Assembly: GCF_032062105.1 (NCBI RefSeq)
Contig: NW_026926516.1
Coordinates: 186,001-250,000 of the forward strand
Source of the DNA: Saccostrea cucullata
Taxonomy: Eukaryota
Direction of reading: 5' to 3'
Length of the DNA stretch: 64,000 bases
Of the stretch, positions 28,495-40,513 are shown piece after piece. The first letter of the stretch is position 1. Each line of letters starts with the position of its first letter. The position numbers and the translations under genes are program-made. Below the pieces are notes generated by a model that was given only the letters and a program-made list of their open reading frames with translations, had not been told where the DNA came from and did not search any database.

Positions 28495-28820
28495 GTCGCC
28501 CGCGTGGCACTGTGGTTACGGCATCTGCTCTATATAGAGTCACGAAGTACAGTAGTAAGGAGTCGACCAATACGTCGTGGGTTCGAATCCCACTATAGGA
28601 TGTGGAGTTCGGTCCTTCGGATGAGATCTAGACTGTATTTTCCGAGGTCCCGTGTCGCAGTATAAGTGCTGGCACGAAAAAAGATCCCTCACTGCTCAAT
28701 GGCTGTAAGTGCCGAGTATATATGACAAATTTGCAGCTTTCCACCGGCAAGAGGTGGCTTCTCCATTTGAGTGAAAAATTCTCGAAAAGGAAATTATACA
28801 ATGTACAATCACACCACCAA
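28495..28820 (+). mobile_element. tRNA-derived SINE, same family
   Basis: A box TGGCACTGTGG (28505), B box GGTTCGAATCCC (28580), body GGTCCTTCGGATGAGA...CCGAGGTCCCGTGTCGCAGTA...AAAGATCCCTC. Confidence 0.82.
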
Positions 28821-30809
28821 AGTCTCAATATATATACTGACTTCCGGGTGGACAACCTCCTATGGGGTAAGTTTCATCGGTAGAGGGGAGGGTGGCCACG
28901 AAACATTTACCTATAGCTAAACGTAAGTTTTTACCACTGGAAAGGTTCAGCGAAAGGCTTGTTGCCCCCATCCCTTACACTTTTTGTTGCAGTACTAATA
29001 GTCAATTTATATATTAAAAGTCATGTACTTAGTGGCATATGAGTAAAATTTATTACTGAAAAAAGTTGACGACCCCCCCCCCCCCTTCACTACCACCCAA
29101 TAGAATTTTCGAGCTTTAAGATTTTTTTAGCTCTCCAGGTTGATGACAAACACGGTGCGTACTAAAGATATTTCTTTCTTTGTTGAAAAGTGCTATTTTA
29201 ATATAAAATATTTACGCAGAAAAAAAGACCGGGGTGTTTCTAGTATGCATGAGTGCATGTATTCTGGTTCCAACTTCGACTTCCTTGCGCGGATCTAGAG
29301 GGGGGTAGGACCCCTTGGAATTAACAAGGTTACTAAAACAAGGAAAAAAAGTTAACCCCCCCCCCCCCCAATGAAATAGAATTTTGACGTTTGAGCAAGT
29401 TTAGGTTTTTTTCTTCTCTTTATGCTTGTCACCTGAGATTGGATTTTTTTTTTGACTGAGTTGCCCCCCCCCCCGACCCCACTGGAAAAAAAATTCTGGA
29501 TCCGCGCCTGCCTACCCATAACGCTCCTCACTCATTTGCAAAGCCCTGTCCCTAGAATCACGCGCATAAGCAGTGACTATCTGTCGTGAAATAAAGTTCA
29601 CTTCATTGGAAGGTTCTGAAAAACAACCCAATTTATAAGGGTTAACTAGTTTCAAAATCTTTAACATTTTTATAACAATTAAACTTAATTCAAATATCCA
29701 ACAAATAACTTGAGTAGAACTATATTTTTCAGGCGAGAGAACAGTGACGTAGCATCGTTTTTGAAAGAGGGGAGGGGGGCAACAAGAGAATAAATATTCA
29801 AGCTACCCGACTGAAAACAACTTGACAAGCAAAAAATAACCCCCAGGAAATTGTCCAAACTTGAAAATACACCTATAGGCGTCGGTACCGGGGAGGGGGG
29901 GGGGGCTTAGCCCCCACTTCTTTCCAAAGATAGACTTAGTATAGACATTGAACATTCCTGCGTAGCTTTAGCCCCCCCCCCCCCCCCCACTTTCCATAGA
30001 CACGATGCAGTAAAGGTATAAAATAGGGAAACTGGTGGTATTTGGGAAAAAAAAACTTTGGCACTGGAGTTCAAACCTTCAACCCACCCCCACCCCACCC
30101 TCCTCACGAAATAGAATTTTTGTGTTTGGAAAATGGACATTGCTTGTCGTTTTTTTTTTTGGAAGGTCTAAAAAAAATTCGTATACTTACCCCCCCCCCC
30201 CCCCCATTTCAATTAGCTTACGACGCCAATGAAATCGTATTTCGGGGGCGTGGTGGGTTTTGAGTTAGATTCAACTTCTTCTATAGAATCAAATTTAAAT
30301 TTTCTTCCTACTATTCGTACTACATTTACTTATTTGACCCTTAGTCTTACAAAAAGTGGGTCGGCCTCTTAAATGAACATATAGTATAGTATAAAGTTAT
30401 GTCTGAAAAAAGAAGCCGCTATTCCTGTGTGCCCAGAGAAAATAAATATGGAGTTTCCATCATTGGATCGGGAGATCGGATCCGGCCTTCAGAAGTTCGA
30501 TTGATAAAGTATTAAGGCGTATAAGAATCTCAAATAACCCGACCCGGGTTTTCTTAAACCTAGTTTTACCAACACTCGTAGCGAACACCACACCACCTAG
30601 CGTTATAATGCCGCACTAAATTTTGACGGTTTGACAACTTCCATTCGTCTTCATTAAATATGCTTCATTGTAAGCGTGATTGAATTAATATTCGTAGTAG
30701 AGATAATGCTAATAATTTATTAAAGAAACTGTTTAAGTTTAAAAGAAAGTAGAATGAATTTACTAGAATAAAGCAACATTGAAGTAAAGACAAAATGAAG
30801 AATGATAAA

Positions 30810-32128
30810 CAGGTCTAGGCGGCCTCTGTTTTTGGAGGATAGATTTTATCCTTTAGAAACAGAGGATGGAGGTGTCGCCACCTACATGTACCGGACTTTT
30901 CAAAACAAAGGGCAGTCTAAACCAAACAAATAACAGCAACTCTTGCATCTCAAGTCCCAGTTTATGTACCGTACTCTGATTTTTCAACCAAAACAAATAA
31001 AAGGTTAAATTTCATACGATGATGGTTACATATAGGTATTTAAATCATTTTAACAAATTTTGGTAATTTGCTGTCAATAAATTATTCATTTGAAAGCTTT
31101 GTTAAAGACCCTTTCCTGTCTAGCCAACCTCATTTTCCGGTACCATAATTATGTGTTAGCAGCATAAAAGTTTTAAAAAACATATTTTTGAAAAATTCAG
31201 TTTCATTATTATTTCATTTAATAAGACGGTAGAGGAATTTTTCTTTGAAGTTTGCTCTTCTCAGACTTCTGCACGGGACTACAGTGGGCGGAGCTACTTT
31301 CCGTTCTGGTATTAGTCTTCTATACTGTTTTATGTGTATACATCTAATAAAACTGAAATATTAAGACCCCTGAAATAAATTAGGATCAATCTCCATCTAC
31401 AGCAAGGTTAGACCGTCCCCCTTATCAGTTAAGACTGACTTAAATTCAATTGCGTCTACCCGTTGTCAAAACTAATCTGACTGAAACTTACGTTGTCCGT
31501 GGAAATATATATACTGCGAATGCATGGTCCCCGTCGAGGCCTCATCTAAAAACTCTAGCGGAAGTTTAGATGCCGCACAGCTAAAAAGTGGGATTTTTTT
31601 TCTTATTTTCTCTAAATAATATTTATTTTATCTTTGCTTAAATTATCAGGCAGAGTGTATTTTGTCTTTACAGTACGTTTTCTTTTGTGTTTCCTTTTCC
31701 TCTAATCTTTAATTAAAAGAAATATGAAAGTAATGTTATTTATGTATTGTTTGAGCATTTAAGTGCCTTTTTATTTGTCCTGATAGGGAAAAAACATAAA
31801 AATTAAACAAAATAACAAGAAATATTAAGTAGAAATGAAGCGCAAGAAGTGCCAACTTTGAAAGCGTATTGTAAAAATTCTAGACATAGAATCTCAAATC
31901 GCCACATACAATTGATAGTTTAATGTCTGATCTTTTATTTAATTGTACTCTGGTGCTTGCACTTTTTGATTAAAGGTAGGCACGAGGCGTTTGAAAATTA
32001 CCTGTGCTATCCTCTGAAATCAAAAGATAAACTATCCGACATTGCATTGCGATTTCCATATATGGTAAAAAATTTGGCTGCCATATTGAATCTAGCTATC
32101 CTCCAAAAACGGAGGCCGCCCAGACCTG
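30810..32128. mobile_element. Non-autonomous DNA transposon, CAG ends, 5-bp TSD, inserted in the right TIR of the 27567-32273 element
   Basis: TIR CAGGTCTRGGCGGCCTCYGTTTTTGGAGGATAG. TSD ATAAA at 30805-30809 and 32129-32133. The opposite arm shows the empty site with a single ATAAA. Confidence 0.9.
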
Positions 32129-34270
32129 ATAAAAGTCGAAGTGAAATGTAATAAAGACGAATATGAAAACAATAAAGTGACATATAATTACAATAATAAC
32201 AAAGCATAAAGAAGTAGGCAGAATAAGAATAAAAGCAAGGTACATAGAATTTTGGCGGTAATTCCCTTCCATAGTCTGCTGTGTTGATCAGGCAATACTT
32301 GATATGAAACGTATCATATAATAAATATCTCAATGTCAAATTGAGAACCACTCGTTGAACCCCACAGGTACATTTTTTCCCTAGGAACATTGCATGTATA
32401 CAGTATAGTGGTTAGGGCAGATTAATAATTCATTAGTGAAAATGAAATGCAATAATGGAATCAAATATGTAAAAAGATGACACTGACGATTTTTTTTAAC
32501 TCAGTAGCTGAAAATATATTTTTTCTCTATACTTTTTATATTTGCGAAATATGTTGTCTCAGAATTGGGCATTGTAAACTATAGCTCCCATCCGTGGTGA
32601 TATATATTTTCCACCACTTTTGTGAATACAAGAAGACAAATTTTTTTTTGCCTGTCAATCTTTCAGTCTGCCACAAAAACTTAAATTTTGATCATGGCTT
32701 TTGAAAGAGAAGCTAGAGCTTTCATGTTTCAAATGCACAGATCTGTAACAGGTATTGCCTTGAATGACCTTGAATTTTGACCTACTTATAACAAATTAAA
32801 ATCCCTCAGTCATAACTTTTGATTGAGAAGAAAGAGTGCTTTCATATTTCACATGTGTATTATTTGGGATAAAAACTTTCCAAAAACTAATATTTTTCCT
32901 TCTATGGCCTTGACCTTAAAGTTTAAACTATAGTTAATTGTCAAAAATAATAATTATAACTTTGAAAAAAAAGACAGGACACTTATTTCTTTTGAAGTAA
33001 AAAAATCAAGGCAGTAAATTTTTGCATATGTGTTAAACTTTTATTCATGGGGATATGTCAAGAAGATTTTATGCTTTGCGATAAAATTTTACACCATAAC
33101 TCCCTAGGGCCCTGTCCATCCCTCTTTCAGTGCCCCTGAACCCCAAATCTAGAACTGTGTGTTCTCTTCTTTTTTCCTTAAGCAAGGGACAGAGATTCTT
33201 TGATTTACCTTGTTTACTTTTCAAGTGGGTGGATAAATGGTAAAAGCCACAGAAAATTATTGACATTTCCATTATTTGTTATATACCGGAAGGGGGGGTG
33301 GTAAACTATCTCCACTGAATAAAATTTAACCAGCCTTTCACAGAATTTTTTTTTTTATTACATTGTGTACCTTCATTTATTCGTTTTGGTCAGATAGATA
33401 TATATTTGAGGTTTTCCATGGCAAAACATGGACTCTTACATTCTTTCTATTGGAATGCTTTGGAAGCTTGAGTAGCTCAGAGTGTACAGCAGCTGATTAG
33501 AAGTGAAGTGGGGCAGGGGTCTCAGGGAAGATTGCAAGTCCAGCCATAAATATCTCCCTTCATGTTACACTGTTATATTGGGGGTACACAGCTCTTATCC
33601 CTTCCACCTCCTATACCACTGAATAAAACTTATGAAACTTTTAGAGAATTGATCTTTCTTACACAGACCCACTGTGCATCTCCTATAACATAACTTGGTT
33701 TTACCTTGACAAAACATGGATTATGTTATAATACTCACATTGAGGGCAGCAAGTATAATTTGTAAGCTCAGTGCTAATGAAGTACTTCTAGTTTTATTTT
33801 TCTACAATGGACCATGAAAATACATTGAGCACTCTAGCTTCCATGCATACTGATAAAATTACTTATGGAAATTAAGTTATTTCGCCTGCACTTAGGTGAA
33901 CAAAATAATCAAGCATGTGGAATGTGCAACTGATTTTGAATTTCAAAGTAAAATTTTACTGATATGAACACACATTTGGCTGGTGGCTATGTAGAAAAAA
34001 AGAAAACTTTATAATTTAAATCTCATTTAATATTCATATCAACAAAACAACATACTGCTATCATTACACTTTAAAACTTACACAATAAATTCAATTTCAT
34101 TTAATATTTCATGTAGTTTGTGTATACATGTAAGCAAAAGCATGTTTCTTCAAAAGAAAATCTTGTACTTTCAATGAATACCGAACATGAAACTTTTCAA
34201 AGATATTTTACTTGTGTGTCATAAAATACACTTTTATAGTTAATTAGTTAATTTAATTAGTAATGGTGTG

Positions 34271-37200
34271 TTAAGATATCCTTGTTGGGAAGATAGGTAG
34301 TCCTCTGACATATTCATCCAGTTTGTTTTGAAACAATTCACTTGTGATGGGTTGTCCTAATTCACATTGTGGATTCCGAATCACATATTCCACATATATC
34401 TGGAATTTAAAACAAATGAAATAGGTGAAGATAACGAAAAATGGCCAATTTAAAAAATATATACATATATTGAGAATATAAATCTGTGAAGTGAACTAAA
34501 ACAAATACCCCTGGAAATCATAGAGGTGGGATCAGGTGCCTGGGAAGATTAAACATCCCTTGTTGACCTGTAGGGCTGGGAATGTATATCGAAATATCGA
34601 TAGGATGATACACATATCGATACACTTGAAAAAATATCGAATTATTGCCCCAAAAATTTGACTTCTGTTTACTTTGTGTATTAACATTTGGGTTTAATAT
34701 AAAAAATAAATATTAAGTTAAATATAAATATAGATATGAAATAAATAATAAATTTCACCACTTGAGTAAAATGTTTTTGTTTTACAACATATAAACAACT
34801 ATTTTGAATAAATTATTCTCATTTGCAAAGAAATAATTTGTTTATTTCAATGTAAAAAAAGGTTTCATAAGCTATTAAACATCTTGTGATACATATCGTA
34901 TCGTGGCTCAAATATTGTGATACAAATCGATATAGAAAAAGTTGTATCGTCCCAGCCCTATTGACCTGTCACAAATGTTTGACATACCCTTTAATAAAGC
35001 CCTTTAACTTATTTTAAAACAATTCTATTTGATAGTAATAATATATGTCTCACATAAAAGAAGCAAATAAAATATAGTAAACAACTCACAGTGCTGTAGA
35101 TTTGATGTAAAACATCTTTGATGTTCCCCACTGATAAATCAGTTGTCATGATAAACTTCATACCACTAGGTGTCTCATAGAAATTCAGTTTGTATCTGCT
35201 AGTTCTAAAGCTTGAAAATCCTTCTTTTCTGTTAAAAAGTTAAGGTAAATCAAGCAATTTAAAATACCTGGTATTTGAATGAGAAAAGCCTTACAAATAA
35301 AGTCACGCCTGCTAATCGATCACTTGCACAACCAGCAGTTGTGTATAACAATCAAAAGAGATCGATTTCCGGTTGTGCACAGGTTGTAAATGGACTCGAT
35401 TCAGGCAATAATTTATATTTTTATTAAAATATAAGAATGTGATTCCATGAGCAATTTATTTTTCTTTAATTTTACACTCTCATAAAATGCAGTGATTGTC
35501 GATTAGCGACTATATTTGTTTTGAAGCAAGGACTGGTAGAGCGAAAACGCTGATTGAAATCAGTATTCGCCGACTAAAATTCATTTTAATCTCAACTAAC
35601 CTTGAATATTCAATGTCCACCATGAGTATGCTACAAGTGCATCCTATCCACCAAAATTGGGACTTCGATTTGTGTATAATTTGACAAATATTAGAAGAAA
35701 ATAACATTGCTTGTGCATGCGATCATTCAGTTGTGAAAGAGATCTCGGGTTGTGCATGAGATGAAGGACAAAAAGTTTCAAACTTTACGAATAAAATTAA
35801 ACATTATATAATTATAAGGTAGTCTTGCAAAATTTAAAACATAAAGCTATAGAATTTTCTTGCAAATAAGTTGAATTTGTGAGAAAAAAAGATATATAAG
35901 TAAACTGTTGAAGTATATCTGTTAGGGGAGGGGGTTAAAGTTTCAGTTACAATCAATATAATTACAGTAAAAAATTATGTGTGTATTATTTAAATCACAA
36001 ATCTTATGTGAATTATCCAATGCATCTTTAATATGATTATTCCGTATGCAAAAAAAAAAATAAATAATAAAAAAGAGAGATAAAATAAAATTAAAAAAAC
36101 AGCATATACTGGGCAGTATATCATTTTCTTTCAGTATGAAATTGTTTAACTCAAACATATCTTACCTTTATTTGGCGGTACTTCAACAAAAGTGGAGGGA
36201 AAGACCGAATTTTTCATGCTTTCATTTCATATATACATGTATTTTATAGTAAAAGTGCTGTCTGTGAAAAAAATAAGAGACAGGCTCTCGATGATATGTG
36301 TTTGCCAAGGGGTAAATATTTCCTGGTGTTTTGAAGCTAGGTATCCTGAATTTCGTTATCGACATGGAAAGGATCAAGATGACAACACCACATTACAGGT
36401 GCTTCTGGACAGGACACCCCCCGGACTTGTTGGGCACTTTTTTTCTCACAAATTATATTCATTACATTTATTCATCATGTGTACCATAGGGGAAAATCGT
36501 CAAAAATCCAAAATAATCGTTCAATAAAACATATCCCTATTAAACATTCCAAATAAAATTCATGTAAAGCACCAAATCAGCCGCAAAATTAATAATTTCA
36601 AAAATTACTAGTACTTTTTTTATTTCAAAAGCATCAATGCATGGGAAGCACAAAATATTCAAAGCTGAAATAGATCAATTTCATTTCAGACTGTCTTCAA
36701 AGCAAAAATAAATAAAATGTTTTTTTTAATTAAATAGAAAATTTTAGTGAATTTGTTCATCAAATGGAGTCATCAATGAATCAATAAAAAAGTCAATGAT
36801 GAATTATAAGAATGTATGAATGAAGATGTAGGTCTCTCAAGATGAACCACATGCCGAAACCCTGGATCTTTATCACGTGATAATACCCATGGTTTCTGCA
36901 GTGGGCTAATCAAGGCGCGTAGTTTGATGGAAAATGTAAGAAAAATATTTGTTGTCACATCTGTAGCACATTTAGCTGCAGATCTGTAGCGTTATGGTTT
37001 TATATATTTGTCTTTGAGCCAATATATATATTTTATCCACCTTTCAACCATATATAGTTGTCTCTACAGGCAATAAAATCTCTAGAAGTTAATTTTCAGC
37101 AATATAAAAAATAATTTTAATCAAGCGAGTTTATCACTTGTAGAGACGAGTATAAAGAGTTGGGAGGTGTATAAAATATACATATTGGCTACAGAATGTG

Positions 37201-40200
37201 TGTAGAACTAGGGAGTGAAAGGTAGTTGATTGACCAATGCTTGAAAGTAGAGGAATTCTCCCCCAAAACGCGCAAAAAATATTGCGCCGTAAATTGCCCT
37301 TTTTTGCATTACAGGCTCTGTAGCGTTATGGTCAAAGACAAATACATGTATATAAAACTATAACGCTACAGATCTGCAGCTATAGCACATTCAAAACAAT
37401 TTTTACAACAGTGTTGTTGAAAAACTTTTCAATCTTTATTCACCTTGCAACTTTAACCACTTCATTATTATCTGGAAAATCATGGCAATTTCCTTTCATA
37501 TCTTGATTACTCCCTGGTTAGGGAGTACCTATTGTAAACTCTTTCTATATAACCATATATTATTAATTACTCAGTAAGAAATGACAATGAAATTGTAACA
37601 ACAACAATAAATGCTCAGTTTAAATAAAGTTTTTAAAATTAAGACTGATTAGTTTACAGAACTTATGAAAAATAACGCCTCATTTCCCGATATAAGAGAT
37701 CGGCCGCTGCTGCTGAAAAAGTCAAAATGTGCTTGCAAATATGAATGTACATCATTGGCGGATCTAGAAGATGGTTCCTGGGGTTGGACCCCCCCCCTCC
37801 CCCCTCTATTTGATTGGAGAGAGTTATGTAAAACAAAACAGAATAAAATAAATACTTTGAATAAAAAAAAATTCGAATAAAATAAATACACTGTACATGT
37901 CGTTCAATCTCTGTCCTTTCTGGTCGCTATAAATAAAGTTCCCTCGTTTAATATGCTTTCCTCCGAGCCCTACTTGCTTGTTTGTGTTTTTGTTTTGTTT
38001 GTTTGTTATTGGATTGTCAAAGTCCCCCATAGAACTGTTGAAAATTCAGTGTTGCCATGTTTGAAGTGCCTATTTGCATGAGTGTTGGACACCTGGACAC
38101 CCTCCCCCTTTTTTTCAAAAAGTGCTGGATCTGCCCCTGCGATGTCTTCATACTGTAAATCACTTTTTATTCGCGAGAACTTTATTTTCGCGTAATTACG
38201 CGAGACAGTGTACTCGCGAAAATTAAATTCTCGCGTATTATAGTATTCCTTAAGAACATATAGAGCGATGACCACAGTTCGCGAAAATTTTGTCTCGCTA
38301 ATCAAGAGTCAATGACTATCTCGCGAAAATAAGGTGTCGCGAAAATTTTGTGATCTACAGTATTATAGACAATATTTAACGCTTTATAATTACGAAAAAT
38401 AAAATATAAGAGGTGAATTATAGATATTGTATAATACTTGCGTAACTTTTTATCCTTTATCTCATGCATAACCCGAGATCTCTTTCACAACTGAATGATC
38501 GCATGCACAAGCAATGTTTTTTTCTTCGAATATTTGTCAAATTAAACACATATTGAAGTCCCAGTTTTGGTGGATAGGATGCACTTGTAGCATACTCATG
38601 GTGGACACTGAATTTTCAAGGTTGGTTGAGATTAAAACGAACTTTAGTCGGCGAATACTGTTTTCAATCAGCGTTTTCGCTCTACCAGTCCTTGCTTCAA
38701 AACAAATACAGTCGCTAATCGACAATCACTGCATTTTATGAGAGTGTAAAATTAAAGAAAAATAAATTGCTCATGGAATCACATTCTTATATTTTAATAA
38801 AAATATAAATTATTGACTGAATCGAGTCCATTTACTACCTGTGCACTGGAATTATTCGCATCAACTGCACAACCGGAAATCGATCTCTTTTGATTGTTAT
38901 ACACAACTGCTGGTTGTGCAAGTGATCGATTAGCAGGCGTGAAAGTGCTAGACTACTTAAAAGGTGATAAATGTTGAATGGCACAGGCACTTGATGGTAC
39001 ATTTTTATTTCTTATCAATAAAAAGAATTTGAATCCCATACCTCATTATAATTATTAGGCATTGGACATTTTTTCCATAAGAAAAATGAGTAAGAGTCTG
39101 CAAAATTGAAGTTGGACAATTTCCTTATAATGTAAAACTTGAAATTCTTTCAGTTTTTAAATGTGCTCTTTAAAAAAGGAAACAAAAAGTTGAAACTTTA
39201 ATAGATGATTACTTGTATTTTTGTCAATTTTAATTATAACCTAGCAAATTTTTCCACATTTGTATCATATCATGACTTCCAATGTTATGTGGTTACAGTA
39301 CATATGTTATACACAATTTTTTTTCTGATTTATTAGAGGAATTGTTCTAATTAAGGATACAAATCCGTAGGTGAAATCCTCTGTACAAAAGACTTTATGG
39401 AATGTATCATGCCATACATCAACTTGAACTCCTGCAAAATAATAAAAATATGCAAGTGTAGACATGGTAGAATAATTTGAAATACTTTTGTCTATGATAC
39501 TGTATACAATGTACAAGGAAATCTTAATTTGGCCCTGCCTAATTTTCACTCCTTTCTGCTTATTAATGTGGGCGAATTTGAAACAGGCGTCCTGGCGATT
39601 TATAAGAACACAATATGATTTCTTAAACAAAACTGTGATTGGTTGAATTTAAAGTGGGGCATTAAAATTCTTTGCAAGTGTTAAAGGCTGAAAATAACAA
39701 GGGGCAAAAAATAACCCTGTATGCAGTACTGAAGTTCAACTGTATTTGCGTTAATCTAAATTTCCAAACTGTTGCATTTTAGTACTATGGTTCATTTCTA
39801 TAGGAATTAAAAGGAGAACAATTAATTAAAGTATTAATTTGAAGCAGACTATTGCTGAAACTGTGCAGTATCAGAGTTTTAAATGAATAGCATATTGCCA
39901 AGAAAAGTCAATAACTTGATATTTTATTGGATTTCAACCTTTCAGAGGTAAGAAATGAAAGTTTTATGGTGATAGGGAATTAAACGGACATCCAGAGCAA
40001 AAAGTTGAGGTGGATCGACAGCTAATTTATTTCAGCCTGTATTGATGGAAACAAGCAATCGAAGTCTGTGCACAAAACCCCAGATGAGATTATGTGACAC
40101 TGGTCTGAGATCGGTTGAGACACCTGGCCAGATCAAAATTTTTTATTCAGATCTCGCTGAGATTGCCCCTTTTTTTGTCTTCAAAATCATTTCAGAGAGG

Positions 40201-40513
40201 ATCCGCTCTGATTTGCTACATTGCAAGTATGTGGAACGTATTCTAACTGTGATGAGGGCTTGTACCTATACACAGTTAGATTACTCTAACCAACATAGAC
40301 CTATTTATTTAAAGCTACAGTACAAAATGCAATTTGCAATGAACATTCAGTCTGTCTTTTTCACAAGGCAAATTAAATGTCTTCAACTTGAAAGGGATTT
40401 CGGTATACATGTACCTCATCTTTGCTCATGCCCGACTGCTTTTTCCTATTCCACTCAGTGTAGTACAAACACGTTCCATTTCTGTCAAATATGTATAGGG
40501 TGTACACTGTCAT
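34271..40513 (-). CDS. TRAPPC1: Trafficking protein particle complex subunit 1 (BET5), 145 aa, 4 exons
   Basis: Exons 40513-40415 ([33 protein letters not shown]), 39431-39361 ([23 protein letters not shown]+TT), 35228-35090 ([46 protein letters not shown]), 34399-34271 ([42 protein letters not shown]). Phases join cleanly. Sequence and length match TRAPPC1/BET5 as recalled. Absent from the ORF track because the exons are short. Confidence 0.96.
34571..34960. mobile_element. hAT-type MITE in TRAPPC1 intron 3
   Basis: TIR TAGGGCTGGGA...TCCCAGCCCTA. 8-bp TSD TTGACCTG at 34563-34570 and 34961-34968. Confidence 0.9.
36973..37382. mobile_element. MITE with 9-bp TSD (Mutator-like length), nested in the 35304-38941 element
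   Basis: TIR TAGCTGCAGATCTGTAGCGTTAT. TSD TAGCACATT at 36964-36972 and 37383-37391. Confidence 0.88.
37753..38139. mobile_element. G/C-tract MITE (GGCGGATC...GATCCGCC type), nested
   Basis: CATTGGCGGATCTAG...CTGGATCTGCCCCTG imperfect TIRs. Related ends at 13042-13190 and 29286-29510. No TSD resolved. Confidence 0.55.
38153..38360. mobile_element. TA-targeting MITE (CTGTA...TACAG), nested
   Basis: TA|CTGTAAATCAC...GTGATCTACAG|TA with internal TCGCGA repeats. Confidence 0.8.

Larger units (their letters stand above)
27567..32273. mobile_element. Foldback-like non-autonomous DNA transposon with about 400-bp TIRs and nested insertions
   Basis: Left arm 27567-~27970 (TATGGAAGGGAATTACCGCC...). 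Right arm is split into ~30530-30809 and 32129-32273. Flanking duplication GTCTGC (27561-27566 and 32274-32279); an alternative reading is 4-bp TCTG with C...G ends. Confidence 0.85.
35304..38941. mobile_element. Non-autonomous long-TIR DNA transposon (CAC...GTG ends, 5-bp TSD)
   Basis: Inverted repeats of about 475-500 bp (35304-~35777 and ~38444-38941) beginning CACGCCTGCTAATCGATCAC. TSD AAAGT at 35299-35303 and 38942-38946. Confidence 0.9.
35229..39360 (-). other. U12-type (minor spliceosome) GT-AG intron 2 of TRAPPC1, 4132 nt
   Basis: 5' splice site GTATCCTTAA (39360-39351). Branch sequence TTTACCTTAAC (CCTTAAC at 35245-35239) about 10 nt before the AG, with no long pyrimidine tract. Confidence 0.93.

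Noticed and set aside
28495-28600. Possible tRNA gene (A and B boxes), likewise at 15330-15400
   Set aside because: No cloverleaf can be built and the boxes run into a shared SINE body.
27382-32390. ORFs 27382-27726, 27456-27704 and 32007-32390 sharing YGRELPPK...
   Set aside because: They read through the two AT-rich TIR arms; the similarity reflects the inverted repeat, not paralogous genes.
35496-38741. Paired near-identical ORFs at 35496-35707 and 38514-38741
   Set aside because: Incidental frames in the TIRs of the 35304-38941 element; no transposase motifs.
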